A stretch of 64,000 nt of DNA from Anaeramoeba ignava BMAN (lineage: Eukaryota > Protista > Anaeramoebae): positions 62,001-126,000 of the forward strand of contig JAPDFW010000093.1 in assembly GCA_028826165.1 (NCBI GenBank), given 5' to 3'. Shown piece after piece: positions 1-12,247 of this stretch. The notes beneath the pieces were generated by a model. That model made no database searches. It was given only the letters and a program-made list of their open reading frames with translations, and was not told the origin of the DNA. The translations under genes and the position numbers were made by a program. Position 1 is the stretch's first letter, and each line of letters begins with the position of its first letter.

Positions 1-1532
1 GATTGATTGGTCGAAACTACCAGATAAAAGCAGATGACCTGTTGTTGGGAATAACGAGATTTTGCTCACACCTCGAGTATGACCGTTCCAAGTATGAGCG
101 AGTTTTTTTGGGTACCAACATTTATGTTCTTTTTGTTTCAGATCTGTTGGGGGAATGATCCAAGATCTCTGGAGAGAATCACGTCTCCGAGTTAAATGGA
201 ATTCTACTTGTTCCTTGAAGTTTTTTTTTGTATCATCATCTTCATCTGTTTTTTTCATTTGCTCTTCATATATTAATTTTTCTTGCTCAGTGATTTTTCT
301 GTTTGCAAATTTTCCTTTTAATTTGACTGGTTTAGCCCAAGGGCCTTTATAATTATCCGTTGAAGGATCCCCAAACGGTTCTGCTCGCGTTTTTGTTTTT
401 CCTTTTCTCCGGTTTGTGGCTTTTGTTTTTTTCCGATGTTTTGGTTTAAATAACATTTGATCGTAAACTGGATTTATAACTGTATCTAAAACTTCAATGT
501 GTCCGCTTGCTATGTTTTTGTATTCTTCTGGAAGTGATGTAAATGGATCGTTGGTTTCAATTGGTTTGTAGATTTCTAGCATTTCTTTGTATGTAGGATT
601 GTGTTCTAATATTTTGGTTCCTTTTTCAATTTTAAAATCCTATTTATTTTACAAACAAATTTTTTTTTCCGATTTTTAATTTTACAAACAAATTTTAATT
701 TTAATTTAAATTTTAATTTTAATTTTAATTTTTTTAATTTTAATTTTAATTTTAATTTTAATTTTAATTTTAATTTTAATTTTAATTTTAATTTTAATTT
801 ATAAATGAATTTTAATTTTAATTTATAAATGTATTTTAATTTTAATTTATAAATGTATTTTAATTTTAATTTTAATTTTAATTTTAATTTTAATTTTAAT
901 TTTAATTTTAATTTTAATTTATAAATAAATTTTAATTTTGATTTTAATTTTAATTTTAATTTATAAATGAATTTTAAATTTAATTTATAAATGTATTTTA
1001 ATTTTTAATTTTAATTTTAATTTTAATTTTAATTTATTTATAAATGAATTTTAATTTTAATTTTAATTTATAAATGAATTTTAATTTTAATTTATAAATG
1101 AATTTCAATTTTAATTTATAAATGTATTTTAATTTTAATTTTAATTTTAATTTTAATTTATAAATGAATTTTAATTTATAAATGAATTTTAATTTTAATA
1201 TTAATTTTAATTTATAAATGTATTTTAATTTTTACAGTTTGAAGTGCAACAGGTGCTGCTAATTGTGGTACTTTTACTAATGCTGTTTCATTTGATAAAA
1301 AACCTGTTAAATCATCTTCAATTTGTCTTTTTTTTACATTTTTTTTTATATTTTCATTTTCATTTGAATTTGTTTTTAAATTTTCATTTAAATTTTCATT
1401 TAAATTCGGTTTTGAATTTATTTTTATTTCTTTTGGTTTTTCATTTTCATTTTCATTTTCATTTTCATTATTTTTATTTAAAAAATCATCATCATCTTCT
1501 GAAGATTCATATTGATTAGAAATTAATTGCAT
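1..1532 (-). CDS. CDC40: Pre-mRNA splicing factor CDC40/PRP17 (WD40), 5' part; continues past the window start
   Basis: Exon 1 (1236-1532) joins exon 2 (<1-639) through a phase-0 GT-AG intron. The translation has PRP17 hallmarks HNPTYKEM, YKGPWA, RSWI and CWYPKKLAHTWNGHTRGVSKISLFPTTGHLLLSGSFD. Confidence 0.9.
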
Positions 1533-1737
1533 AATAAAATAAATCAAAAAAAAATGAAAAAAATGAAAAAAATGAAAAATGATTTTTTGTTTGAAAAAAT
1601 TTTTTAATTTAAAAAAAAAAGAAAAAACAAAAAGAAAAAAGAAAAATTGTTTTTAATTATCGTTTCAATAAACCAGATAAAGATAGATATCTCAAAATAA
1701 AAAAAGAAAGGAAAAAAATAAAGTGAAAGAAATTCGA

Positions 1738-4700
1738 TTATTTTTTGCCTCCTCTTTTTGCGAGTTTTGCTTCTCGATTTCGTCTTAAAATTTCACGAGG
1801 ATCTGATGGTAAAGATTGAATTAACATTGCTGACATTGCATTTCCTCTCATTGGTGGTCTAAAATTAGGACGAGATGTTGTTCTCTTTAATTTTATAAAT
1901 AATTTTATAAATAATTTTATATTTAATTTTATTATTAATTTTATAAATAATTTTATAAATAATTTTATAATTAAATTTATAAATAATTTTATAATTAATT
2001 TTATAAATAATTTTATAAATAATTTAATATTTAATTTTATAAATAATTTTATATTTAATTTTATAAATAATTTTATAAATAATTTTATAAATAATTTTAT
2101 ATTTAATTTTATAAATAATTTTATAAATAATTTTATAAATAATTTTATATTTAATTTTATATTTAAATTTATAATTAATTTTATAAATAATTTTATAAAT
2201 AATTTTATAAATAATTTTATAATTAATTTTATAAATAATTTTATAAATAATTTTATATTTAATTTTATAAATAATTTTATATTTAATTTTATAAATAATT
2301 TTATAAATAATTTTATATTTAATTTTATATTTAATTTTATATTTAATTTATTAATTAATTTAATATTTAAAAAAAAATAAAAACAAACCTCAACTGGTTT
2401 TAACTCAGAATTTGCAACTGCATCTGGTGTTTGAAATAAAATAGGAATATCTGAAGATTCTGCTTGTTTTTTTGGGGGTTGTTGAATAGGATTCATATTT
2501 GGTAAAGGAATTTGATTGTTTCCAGTTGGTGGTGGTCCCATTTTTGGAATTTGTATTTGTGGTTTTGTTTGTTTTGGATCTTTTTGATCTTTGATCTTTT
2601 ACTTCTTTAAGTAATTTTTCAATTTGAGAATATTTGTCAGTTTTTGAAGGTTTAACTCGATTTGCAAATGTTAAATCATCAATTGCTTTTGGAGTCAATC
2701 CCAATTTATGAAATGAGAAACCTCTGTTAAAATATAATTCTGATCGATACATAATATAATTGATTCCCATTGGTTGATAATCAATATAATCATTATCTCT
2801 AATTAACTATTATTTAATATTTATTTAATATTTATTTAATATTTATTTAATATTTATTTAATATTTATTTAATATTTATTTAATATTTAATATTTAATAT
2901 TTAATATTTATTATTTATTTAATATTTAATATTTATTTAATATTTATTTAATATTTAATATTTAATATTTATTTAATATTTAATATTTAATATTTATTTA
3001 ATATTTAATATTTAATATTTATTTAATATTTAATATTTAATATTTTATTTATATTTATTTAATATTTAATATTTTATTTAATATTTAATATTTTATTTAA
3101 TATTTATTTAATATTTAATATTTAATATTTATTATTTATTTAATATTTATTTATTATTCATTTATTTAATATTTAATATTTAATATTTATTATTTATTTA
3201 TTATTTAATATTTATTTAATATTTAATTTACAGTTATTGTTGTTGAATAATCAATGACTGCTTGAAAATAATCTTGGCATTTAAAATAAGTATTTCCTCT
3301 AAGTAAATATGCAACTGCAAAATATTTATCTGAATGTATTGCTTCTGTAAGATAAAAAATTGCATTTCGAGTTTCTTGAAGTGAAATGTAACAAATTGCA
3401 ATATTGAAAAGTACTCGAGATCCTCTTCCAACAGATTTAAATGATTCTATTGAATCTCGAAAGTTTCCTTGATTAAAAAGATCAACTGCTTTCTTCCATT
3501 GTTCTGTTGCTTTTTTTTGATATGGATCATTTTTACTTTTGTTTTCATTAGAATTTTGCATTTGTTTAACAACATTCTAAAAATATATTTTAATTTATAA
3601 ATATATTTTAATTTTAATTTTAATTTATAAATATATTTTAATTTATAAATAAATTTTAATTTATAAATGTATTTTAATTTATAAATGTATTTTAATTTAT
3701 AAATATATTTTAATTTATAAATGTATTTTAATTTATAAATATATTTTAATTTATAAATATATTTTAATTTATAAATGTATTTTAATTTATAAATATATTT
3801 TAATTTATAAATATATTTTAATTTATAAATTTATTTTAATTTATAAATGAATTTTAATTTATAAATGTATTTTTAATTTATAAATGTATTTTTAATTTAT
3901 AAATGTATTTTAATTTTAATTTTAATTTATAAATGTATTTTAATTTATAAATGTATTTTAATTTATAAATGCATTTTTAATTTATAAATATATTTTAATT
4001 TATAAATGTATTTTTAACTTATAAATGTATTTTAATTTTAATTTATAAATTTATTTTAATTTTAATTTTAATTTTAATTTATAAATGTATTTTAATTTTA
4101 ATTTATAAATATATTTTAATTTATAAATATATTTTAATTTATAAATGTATTTTAATTTATAAATATATTTTAATTTATAAATTTATTTTAATTTATAAAT
4201 GTATTTTTAATTTATAAATGTATTTTAATTTATAAATATATTTTTAATTTATAAATATATTTTAATTTATAAATGTATTTTAATTTATAAATATATTTTT
4301 AATTTATAAATTTATTTTAATTTATAAATGTATTTTAATTTATAAATGTATTTTAATTTATAAATGTATTTTAATTTATAAATGTATTTTAATTTATAAA
4401 TGTATTTTAATTTATAAATATATTTTAATTTTAATTTATAAATATATTTTAATTTTAAATTTTAATTTATAAATGTATTTTAATTTATAAATGTATTTTA
4501 ATTTATAAATATATTTTAATTTATAAATGTATTTTAATTTATAAATGTATTTTAATTTATAAATATATTTTAATTTATAAATATATTTTAATTTATAAAT
4601 GTATTTTAATTTTAATTTTAATTAATAAATATATTTTAATTTATAAATAAATTTTAATTTATAAATGAATTTTTAATTTATAAATATATTTTTAATTTAT

Positions 4701-5374
4701 AAATGTATTTTAATTTATAAATATATTTTAATTTTAATTTTAATTTATAAATATATTTTAATTTATAAATGTATTTTAATTTATAAATATATTTTAATTT
4801 ATAAATATATTTTAATTTATAAATGTATTTTAATTTATAAATGTATTTTAATTTATAAATGTATTTTAATTTATAAATATATTTTAATTTATAAATTTAT
4901 TTTAATTTATAAATATATTTTAATTTATAAATATATTTTAATTTATAAATGTATTTTAATTTTAATTTTAATTAATAAATATATTTTAATTTATAAATAA
5001 ATTTTAATTTATAAATGAATTTTAATTTATAAATATATTTTAATTTATAAATGAAAAGAAAAGAAACTTACAACACCACGAGTAGAAATAATTTCACGAA
5101 TAAGAGGAATATCAAAATTAAAAGTAGATTTATATTTATCGATTTTTTTCTTATATTTATTAACTTCTGAACTATCACCAACTCTATCAATAAGAGCAGC
5201 AGGAACATAACCTTGTTGTTTAGTATCTTTTGCTTTGATAACATAAAGCCATTCATCTCTTCCGCCAGGCGATGCAAAAGATATAAGCATCTCATTCTCT
5301 TTGATCGTTAAGTCTAAATCTCCAATTGATTTATACGCTGTTATTACTTTAAATAGAAAAATACTTTCAGACAT
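1738..5374 (-). CDS. SH3 + p67phox/NoxR-type TPR protein with Pro-rich tail; one frame break near 2590
   Basis: Exons 5072-5374, 3232-3576, 2388-2806 and 1738-1884. N-terminal SH3 (AYKSIGDLDLTIKENE...EWLY...GYVPA). The TPR region matches NCF2/NoxR signatures (SRVLFNIA, AIHSDKYFAVAYLLRG, LIRDNDYIDYQPMGINYIMYRSELYFNRG). Confidence 0.8.
3580..5050. repeat. Intronic ~18-bp tandem repeat (TTATAAATGTATTTTAAT)n
   Basis: Fills intron 1 of the SH3-TPR gene. Confidence 0.9.
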
Positions 5375-5673
5375 TTTGAATTTTTTTTTGGTTTTTTTAG
5401 AAAAAAAATTTTTTAATTTAAATTGAATTGAATTGATAAAATTTAAAAAGGAGAAAAAATTTTGTTTAAATTGAAAGAAAAAAATGAAAAAAAAAAATGA
5501 AAAAATTTTTTAATTTTATTTTTAATTTTAATTTTAATTTTTAATTTTAATTTTAAACAGAACAAATTCCCATTTTCTTATTTAATTAATTATTTAATTA
5601 TTTCTTATTTAATTTTTTAATTACTAATTATTTAAAAAATATTATTAAAAATTATTAAAAATTATTATTTAGA

Positions 5674-5701
5674 TGACGTAATCATAATTTGATGACGTCA
5701 T
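5674..5701. promoter_or_regulatory. Two CRE-type sites (TGACGTAA, ATGACGTCAT) in a bidirectional promoter
   Basis: A perfect CRE palindrome at 5692-5701 and a near-match at 5674-5681, in an intergenic region that otherwise has almost no G or C. Confidence 0.5.
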
Positions 5702-5802
5702 TTAATAAATAAATAAAAAAAATCAATTAAAATTTTCATTTTTATTTTTCATTTTTTATTCCACTTTATTTTACTTTTAAATTATTTTTTTTATTTCAAG
5801 AA

Positions 5803-7618
5803 ATGTTATCAGAAGAAGATAAATTAAAAATTCAAAACTTTCGTCTTAAAAAATTTCTTCGAGAAATTCAAATTTCAAGAGGGTAAATTAAAATTAAAAT
5901 TAAAAATAAAAATATTAATCTAAAAATATTAACTATATTATATAGAGAAGGAACAAGTCTAATTTCAATGATCATTCCAGCAAATTCACAAATTCATCAA
6001 TTTACAACAAAACTTAAAGAAGAAATGTCTTCAGCAAAAAGAATTAAAGTAAATAAAAAAATTTTTTTTTGTTCCACTTTTTTTTAAAAAAAAAAAATTT
6101 TATTTTATTTTTGCTTTTTTTTTTTTTAGAGTCGAGTTAATAGACAATCAGTTATTGCTGCATTGAATACAGCAGTTGCTAAATTATCACTTTATTCACA
6201 AGTTCCAGAAAATGGATTAGCGTTGTTTGCCGGAATTATTACAAATCAAGATGGAAAAGAGAAGAAAATTTGTTATGATATAGAACCACCTAAACCAATT
6301 CTAAGACCTCTTTATAGATGTGATAATAGATTTCATGCAGAAGTAATATTAAATTTTATTTTTAATTTTTAATTTATTTTTAATTTTTAATTTATTTTTA
6401 ATTTAGATTTTGGAAAATTTAATTCAACCTTCAGAAAAATATGGATTTATTGTTGTTGATGGAAAAGGTTGTTTATTTGGTGTTCTTTGTGGAAATCATA
6501 AAACAATTATTCATAGATTTTCAGTTTATCTTCCAAAAAAACATGGTTTGAATTATTTTTTATTGATTTTTTGTTAATTGATTTTTTAAATTCAAAAATT
6601 TAATAGGAAGAGGTGGTCAATCTGCTCCAAGATTTTCCAGAATAAGAAAAGAGAAAAGGCAACATTATTTAACAATGGTTTCTGAACTTGCAACTCATCA
6701 TTTTATTACTAACGAAAAGGTAAATATTTTTCTTTTCTTTTTTTTTTGATTTAAATTTTTAAAGAAGAAAAAAAAAGTGGAACTAAAAATTCCCCAAAAA
6801 AAAAAATTTTTTTTTATTAATTAAAAATTTAAAAGCCGAATATTTATAAATTAGTAATTGCAGGCTCAGCAGATTTGAAAAAAGAACTGGCAAATTCAAG
6901 TTTATTTCACCCAAAACTAAGTGATATTATATTGCAAATTGTATCTGTGAGCTATGGAGGAGATAATGGATTTAATGAAGCAATAAATCTAGTTGCTGAA
7001 TCATTGACAGGAGTTAGATATGTTGAAGAAAGCAAGATTTTGCAAAGGTTTTTTGATGAGATCAATCAAAATACTGGAAAATTCTGTTATGGTTCTCAAA
7101 GCACTTTCAATGCACTTACAAATGGAGCTGTTGAAACATTAATTGTTTGGGAAAATTTAGATCTTATTTTGATCGAACAAGAAGATATTGAAACAAAATC
7201 TACATCTTTTAGTTTTATCTCTCCTTCAATCAAATCCTCCAAAAATGGAAAAGAAAACCAAATGGAGAATGAAGTTCAAGATGAAAAAGAAAAAAATCAA
7301 GGAAATGTTGAAGAAAATTCAGTTGTCAAAAAAAAGGAAAAGCTTTTTGTAGATTGGATTGCAGAAAATTTTCATAAATTCGGGACAAAATTGGAATTTG
7401 TGTCAAATAATAGTCAAGAAGGAAGTCAATTTTGTCATGGTTTTGGTGGGATTGGTGGTATTCTTCGTTATCAAGTGAAGACTGATTTTTTGGATATGAG
7501 TGATGATGATGATGATGTTGTAGATGATGAACTTTATCAAAAAGATTCTGTTGAAAATGCTTTTGAAATTGGATTGGATGATGATGATAGTGATTATGAT
7601 TATGATCCTTTTTTCTAA
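5803..7618 (+). CDS. ETF1: Eukaryotic release factor 1 (eRF1) homologue, divergent
   Basis: Six exons with five GT-AG introns. Motifs [52 protein letters not shown] and [20 protein letters not shown], plus an acidic tail. Confidence 0.95.
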
Positions 7619-7789
7619 ATGTAAAAAACAAAATTAATCAAAAAATGAGAAAAGGATTAAATCCATAATTTTTCTTTTGCTTCTTTTCTTTAAGAAATCA
7701 TATCAATTCAATTTATAAAACCCAAGAAACAAAAATATTTTAATTTTTGTTTTCTTTTTTTATTTTTTTTTTTGAAATCATTTTTGGAA

Positions 7790-8400
7790 CAAATTTTGAA
7801 ATCAATTTTGAAATAATTTTTGAAATCAATTTTGAAATAAATTTTAAATAAATCTTGAAATAAATTTTGAAATAAATTTTGAAATAAATTTTGAAATAAA
7901 ATTTGAAATAAATTTTGAAATAAATTTTAAAATAAATTTTAAAATAAATTTTGGAATAAATTTTGAAATAAATTTTGAAATAAATTTTGAATTAAATTTG
8001 AAATAAATTTTGAAATCAATTTTAAAATTAAATTTTTAAATAAATTTTGAAATAAATTTTGAAATCAATTTGAAATAAATTTTGAAATAAATTTTGAAAT
8101 CAATTTTGAAATCAATTTTGAAATAAATTTTTGAAATAAATTTTGAAATAAATTTTGAAATAAATTTTGAAATAAAATTTGAAATAAATTTTGAAATAAA
8201 TTTTGAAATAAATCTTGAAATAAATTTTGAAATAAATTTTGAAATAAATTTTAAAATAAATTTTGAAATAAATTTTGAAATAAATCTGAAATAAATTTTG
8301 AAATAATTTTAAATTAAATTTTGAAATAAATTTTGAAATCAATTTTGAAATAAATCTTGAAATAAATTTTGAAATAAATCTTGAAATAAATTTGAATTAA
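7790..8400. repeat. Intergenic ~12-bp tandem repeat (TTTTGAAATAAA)n between convergent genes
   Basis: Unit is directly visible in the sequence. Confidence 0.9.
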
Positions 8401-8420
8401 AATGATTGGTTTAATTTCTT

Positions 8421-10397
8421 TTAAATTGTTGTATAAGTAACTCTTAAATCAATACAACATTTTTTCTTTCCACGAATTAATCTTGCATATCCATTTTCAC
8501 CCCAACTTTTTCCCCAAGAATTTTTCAAACTAAAAATTAATTTCAAAAAAAAAAGAATATTTAAAAAAAAGGATTAATTGAAAAAAAGAATAAAAAGAAA
8601 GAAAATTACATCCAAAATTTTTTGCTTCCATCTTCACCATAACCCTAAAAGTAAAAAATTAAAAAAATTAAAAAAAGTGGAATTGATTTTAATTTTGATT
8701 TAGATTTTGATTTTGATTTTGATTTTGATTTTGATTTTCAATTTGATTTTGATTTTCAATTTGAATTTGATTTTGATTTTCAATTTGATTTTGATTTTGA
8801 TTTTTTAGAAAGAAAAGAAACTTACAACAACAAGAATACAATGATCAATATCATCAACAGAACTTCCACAAAATAAAGGATTAGCAATTCCACCAAAATA
8901 AAATTCCATCCATCTTTTTTTTTTTAAAATAATAAAAATCAATAATAAAAATCAATAATAAAAATCAATAATAAATACTCTGAATCAATGCAAGCAGAAA
9001 GTGGTCCTTCTGAAACAAGATAAGCAGCCATTTGATCTTCATCTTCTGGAGTAAAACTCCAATTACTAATATGTGCTGTAAGAGGAGCATGAGTATTACA
9101 AGTTCTATTACAATATTCAGGTGCTGGACAAATAGTTTTTCCTGTTGTATTTACGAGACAAGGATCTAAATTTTTTTAAAAATGAATGAAAAAATTTTTT
9201 TTTTTAAATTTTGGATTGTCCACTTTTTTTTTTTGCTTTTTCAAATTTATATAAATTATTTTAAAAATTTACAACAACCACCAAAAGGAGGAATGCAATA
9301 AGGATAATTTGTTTCAGTTGAAATTCCACCCCAAGTCATTGAATCTGAATAAACAAACCAAGGAAATCCTCCAAAACAACCACAGGCTTGACAAACTTGA
9401 GTTGTTGGATCACAACCTCCACTACATTCAACAGCTTGTTCTACTGAAAGATTAGTTAATGGATTTCCAGCAATTGCCCAAGCTGATTCAATTTGTTGAA
9501 TAGCAGAAAATGCCCCTTTTATTTCCAAATTTAATATATAATATTTAATATTTAATATTTAATATTTAATATTTAATATTTAATATTTAATATATAATAT
9601 TTAATATATAATATATAATATTTAATATTTAATATTTATTATATAATATTTATAATTTAATATTTAATATTTAATATTTAATTTATAATATTTATAATTT
9701 AATATATAATATTTAATATATAATATTTATTATTTATTATTTAATATTTAATATTTAATATTTAATATTTAATATTTAATATTTAATATATAATATTTAT
9801 TATTTATTATTTAATATTTAATATTTAATATTTAATATTTAATATTTAATATTTAATATTTAATATTTAATATTTAATATTTAATATTTAATATTTAATA
9901 TTTAATATTTAATATTTAATATTTAATATTTAATATTCAATATATAATAATTAATATTTAATATTTAATATTTAATTACAACAAGATCCACAATCTCCTT
10001 GATCTTTAACTGCAGTTACTTTCCCTTGTGTTCTCCAATCAAAACTTGAAGGAATATCTTTAAGAGATAATTCTTCAGAAATTTTATCTTGAGATTTTAA
10101 TTCAGGAAATTTCTTTGAAAGTAAATGAGTTTTCTTAAATTCTTCAGGAGTTAAATCAGCAAACATATTTATATCATATTTTGCAGATGGATCTGATTGG
10201 CGAAGGTTTTCAATTCGAAGTAAATTTTCTTGAAAAATTTGAAATCTTGTTTCCTTTTCTTTTTCAGAAGAATAAAACTTTTTATATTTATTCATCCAAT
10301 TTTCAAATTGAATTTTCTGTTGTTCAATTTGAATTGAAGAAACTAATAAAAAAAAGCAAAAAAAGAAAAAAATTTGATTGGATTTTAAAAGAAACAT
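8421..10397 (-). CDS. Papain-family (C1A) cysteine protease, cathepsin L/F-like preproenzyme
   Basis: Six exons. Signal peptide, I29 prodomain (ERFNIN-like EKETRFQIFQENLLRI, DINMFAD), FDWR, and catalytic motifs KDQGDCGSCW, DHCILVVGYG and LKNSWG. Confidence 0.95.
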
Positions 10398-10557
10398 TTT
10401 TTGTTTGTTTGTTTGTTTGTTTTTTTAAAAGAAATAAAGAAGAAAAAGAATTGAAAGCAAAAAAAAAAGATAAAGAAATTAAAGAAGAAGAAAAAATGAA
10501 AAATTGTTTTTCCCTTTTTTTTTTTTTCATTTTTTTTTTTCAATCATTTTTTTTTAA

Positions 10558-11965
10558 ATGACTAACCAACAAGATATTATTAATCAAATAACAAGAGCAG
10601 CAACATCTTCTGATTCACCAGAATTTTATACACTTAGTTCTTGTTATTTTCTTGTGGCTATTTTATCTATTTACGAATTATTTAGAACTGCAAAAGCTGT
10701 TGGGTATTTTAAATTAAATTTTTAAATTAAATTTTTAAATTAAATTTTTAAATTAAATTTTTAAATTAAATTTTTAAATTAAATTTTTAAATTAAATTTT
10801 TAAATTAAATTTTTTTTCTTTTTCAGTTGGAAACTTAATAATGAAACAGGAAATTTTCGAATTTTGATTCTTTCGTTTTCAACTTTAAATTTATTAGTTC
10901 GTGGTTTTTTTACATTGATTCATTTTACTTGGCATAGCTTATTTTGGGTTTATTTTTTATATTTTAAACTCCCAATTTTTTTGCAATTTTGTACGTAAGT
11001 TAAAACCGATTTACTTTTATAAATATAAAATTATTTATAAAATTAAATATAAAATTAATTATAAAATTAATTATAAAATTATATATAAAATTATTTATAA
11101 AATTATTTATTAAATTATTTATAAAATTAAATATTAAATTATTTATAAAATTAAATATAAAATTATTTATAAAATTATTTATAAAATTATTTATAAAATT
11201 ATTAATAAAATTATTTATAAAATTATTTATAAAATTATTTATAAAAATATTTATAAAATTATTTATAAAATTATTTATAAAATTATATATTAAATTATTT
11301 ATAAAATTATTTATAAAATTATTTATAAAAATAGTTTCTCGATTTATATCCTTTATCTTGCTAGAATGAGATATTTTCTTCTTGGAAAAGAAACAAAAAC
11401 ACAAAAATTATTAGTTCCATTATTTATAGTAGCTCAAATTATTGTTCTTATTGGAATGATAGTATTTTGCTATTTAGATTCAAGACTTTTAGGAAAAAAA
11501 TTAAAATATTCAAATTATGAAAATTATACACTTGCATATGTTTCAGTACTTTTTTCAATATTAACAATATTACTTGTGGTATTAGGATTTCATTTCTACA
11601 AAGAACTATTAGGATTCAGTTTGGTTAAGATTCGAAAAAGAAGATTGAAATCAGTTATGATTCTAATTTATATTACTGGTTCACTTTTTTTAATTCGTGC
11701 AATTTGGTCTTTTCTTTCTTTATTTAATGCCAATAAATTAAATTCAAATGTTGCTAATTGGCTTGAAAATAAAGAATATACAAAATATGATACTGCAAAT
11801 TTGGTTTATTATTTTATTTTGGAAGTTTTTCCTGCTGCTTTTCTTGCTATTGTTATGCATATAAATTTATCTGAAGAAAGTTCCTTATTTGTTTATGAAG
11901 AAAATTTCTTACTTCAGAGTTCTCATTTATTTGATGATCCACTTGAATTTTCAAGTTTGAATTAA
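10558..11965 (+). CDS. Multi-pass membrane protein, THH1/TOM1 / GPR137-like
   Basis: Exons 10558-10703, 10827-10994 and 11335-11965. About 7 hydrophobic helices, with motifs LPIFLQFCTFSIYILYLAR, LFLIRAIW and YYFILEVFP. Confidence 0.7.
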
Positions 11966-12247
11966 TATTTTTATTGAAAAAAAAAAAGGAAAAAATTTAA
12001 TTTTCTTTTTTTATTTTCTTTTTCTTATCCTTATTCTTTTTTTGATATTTTAATAATAAAAACTTCTTTATAAATCTAATTATTTTTTTTAAAAAAAATC
12101 AATCAAAAAATTTGAAAAGAAATGAAAGGAAAGAGAATTCTTTTTTTTTTTGAAAGAAAATTTGAAATGAAAAAGAAAATTTGAAAAGAAAATTTGAAAA
12201 GAAAATTTGAAAAGAAAATGAAAATCAATTTAATTGATTTAATTGAT

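Noticed and set aside
40-160. Suspected frameshifts in CDC40 exon 2
   Set aside because: Recounting the G5 and T4 runs shows the frame is open.
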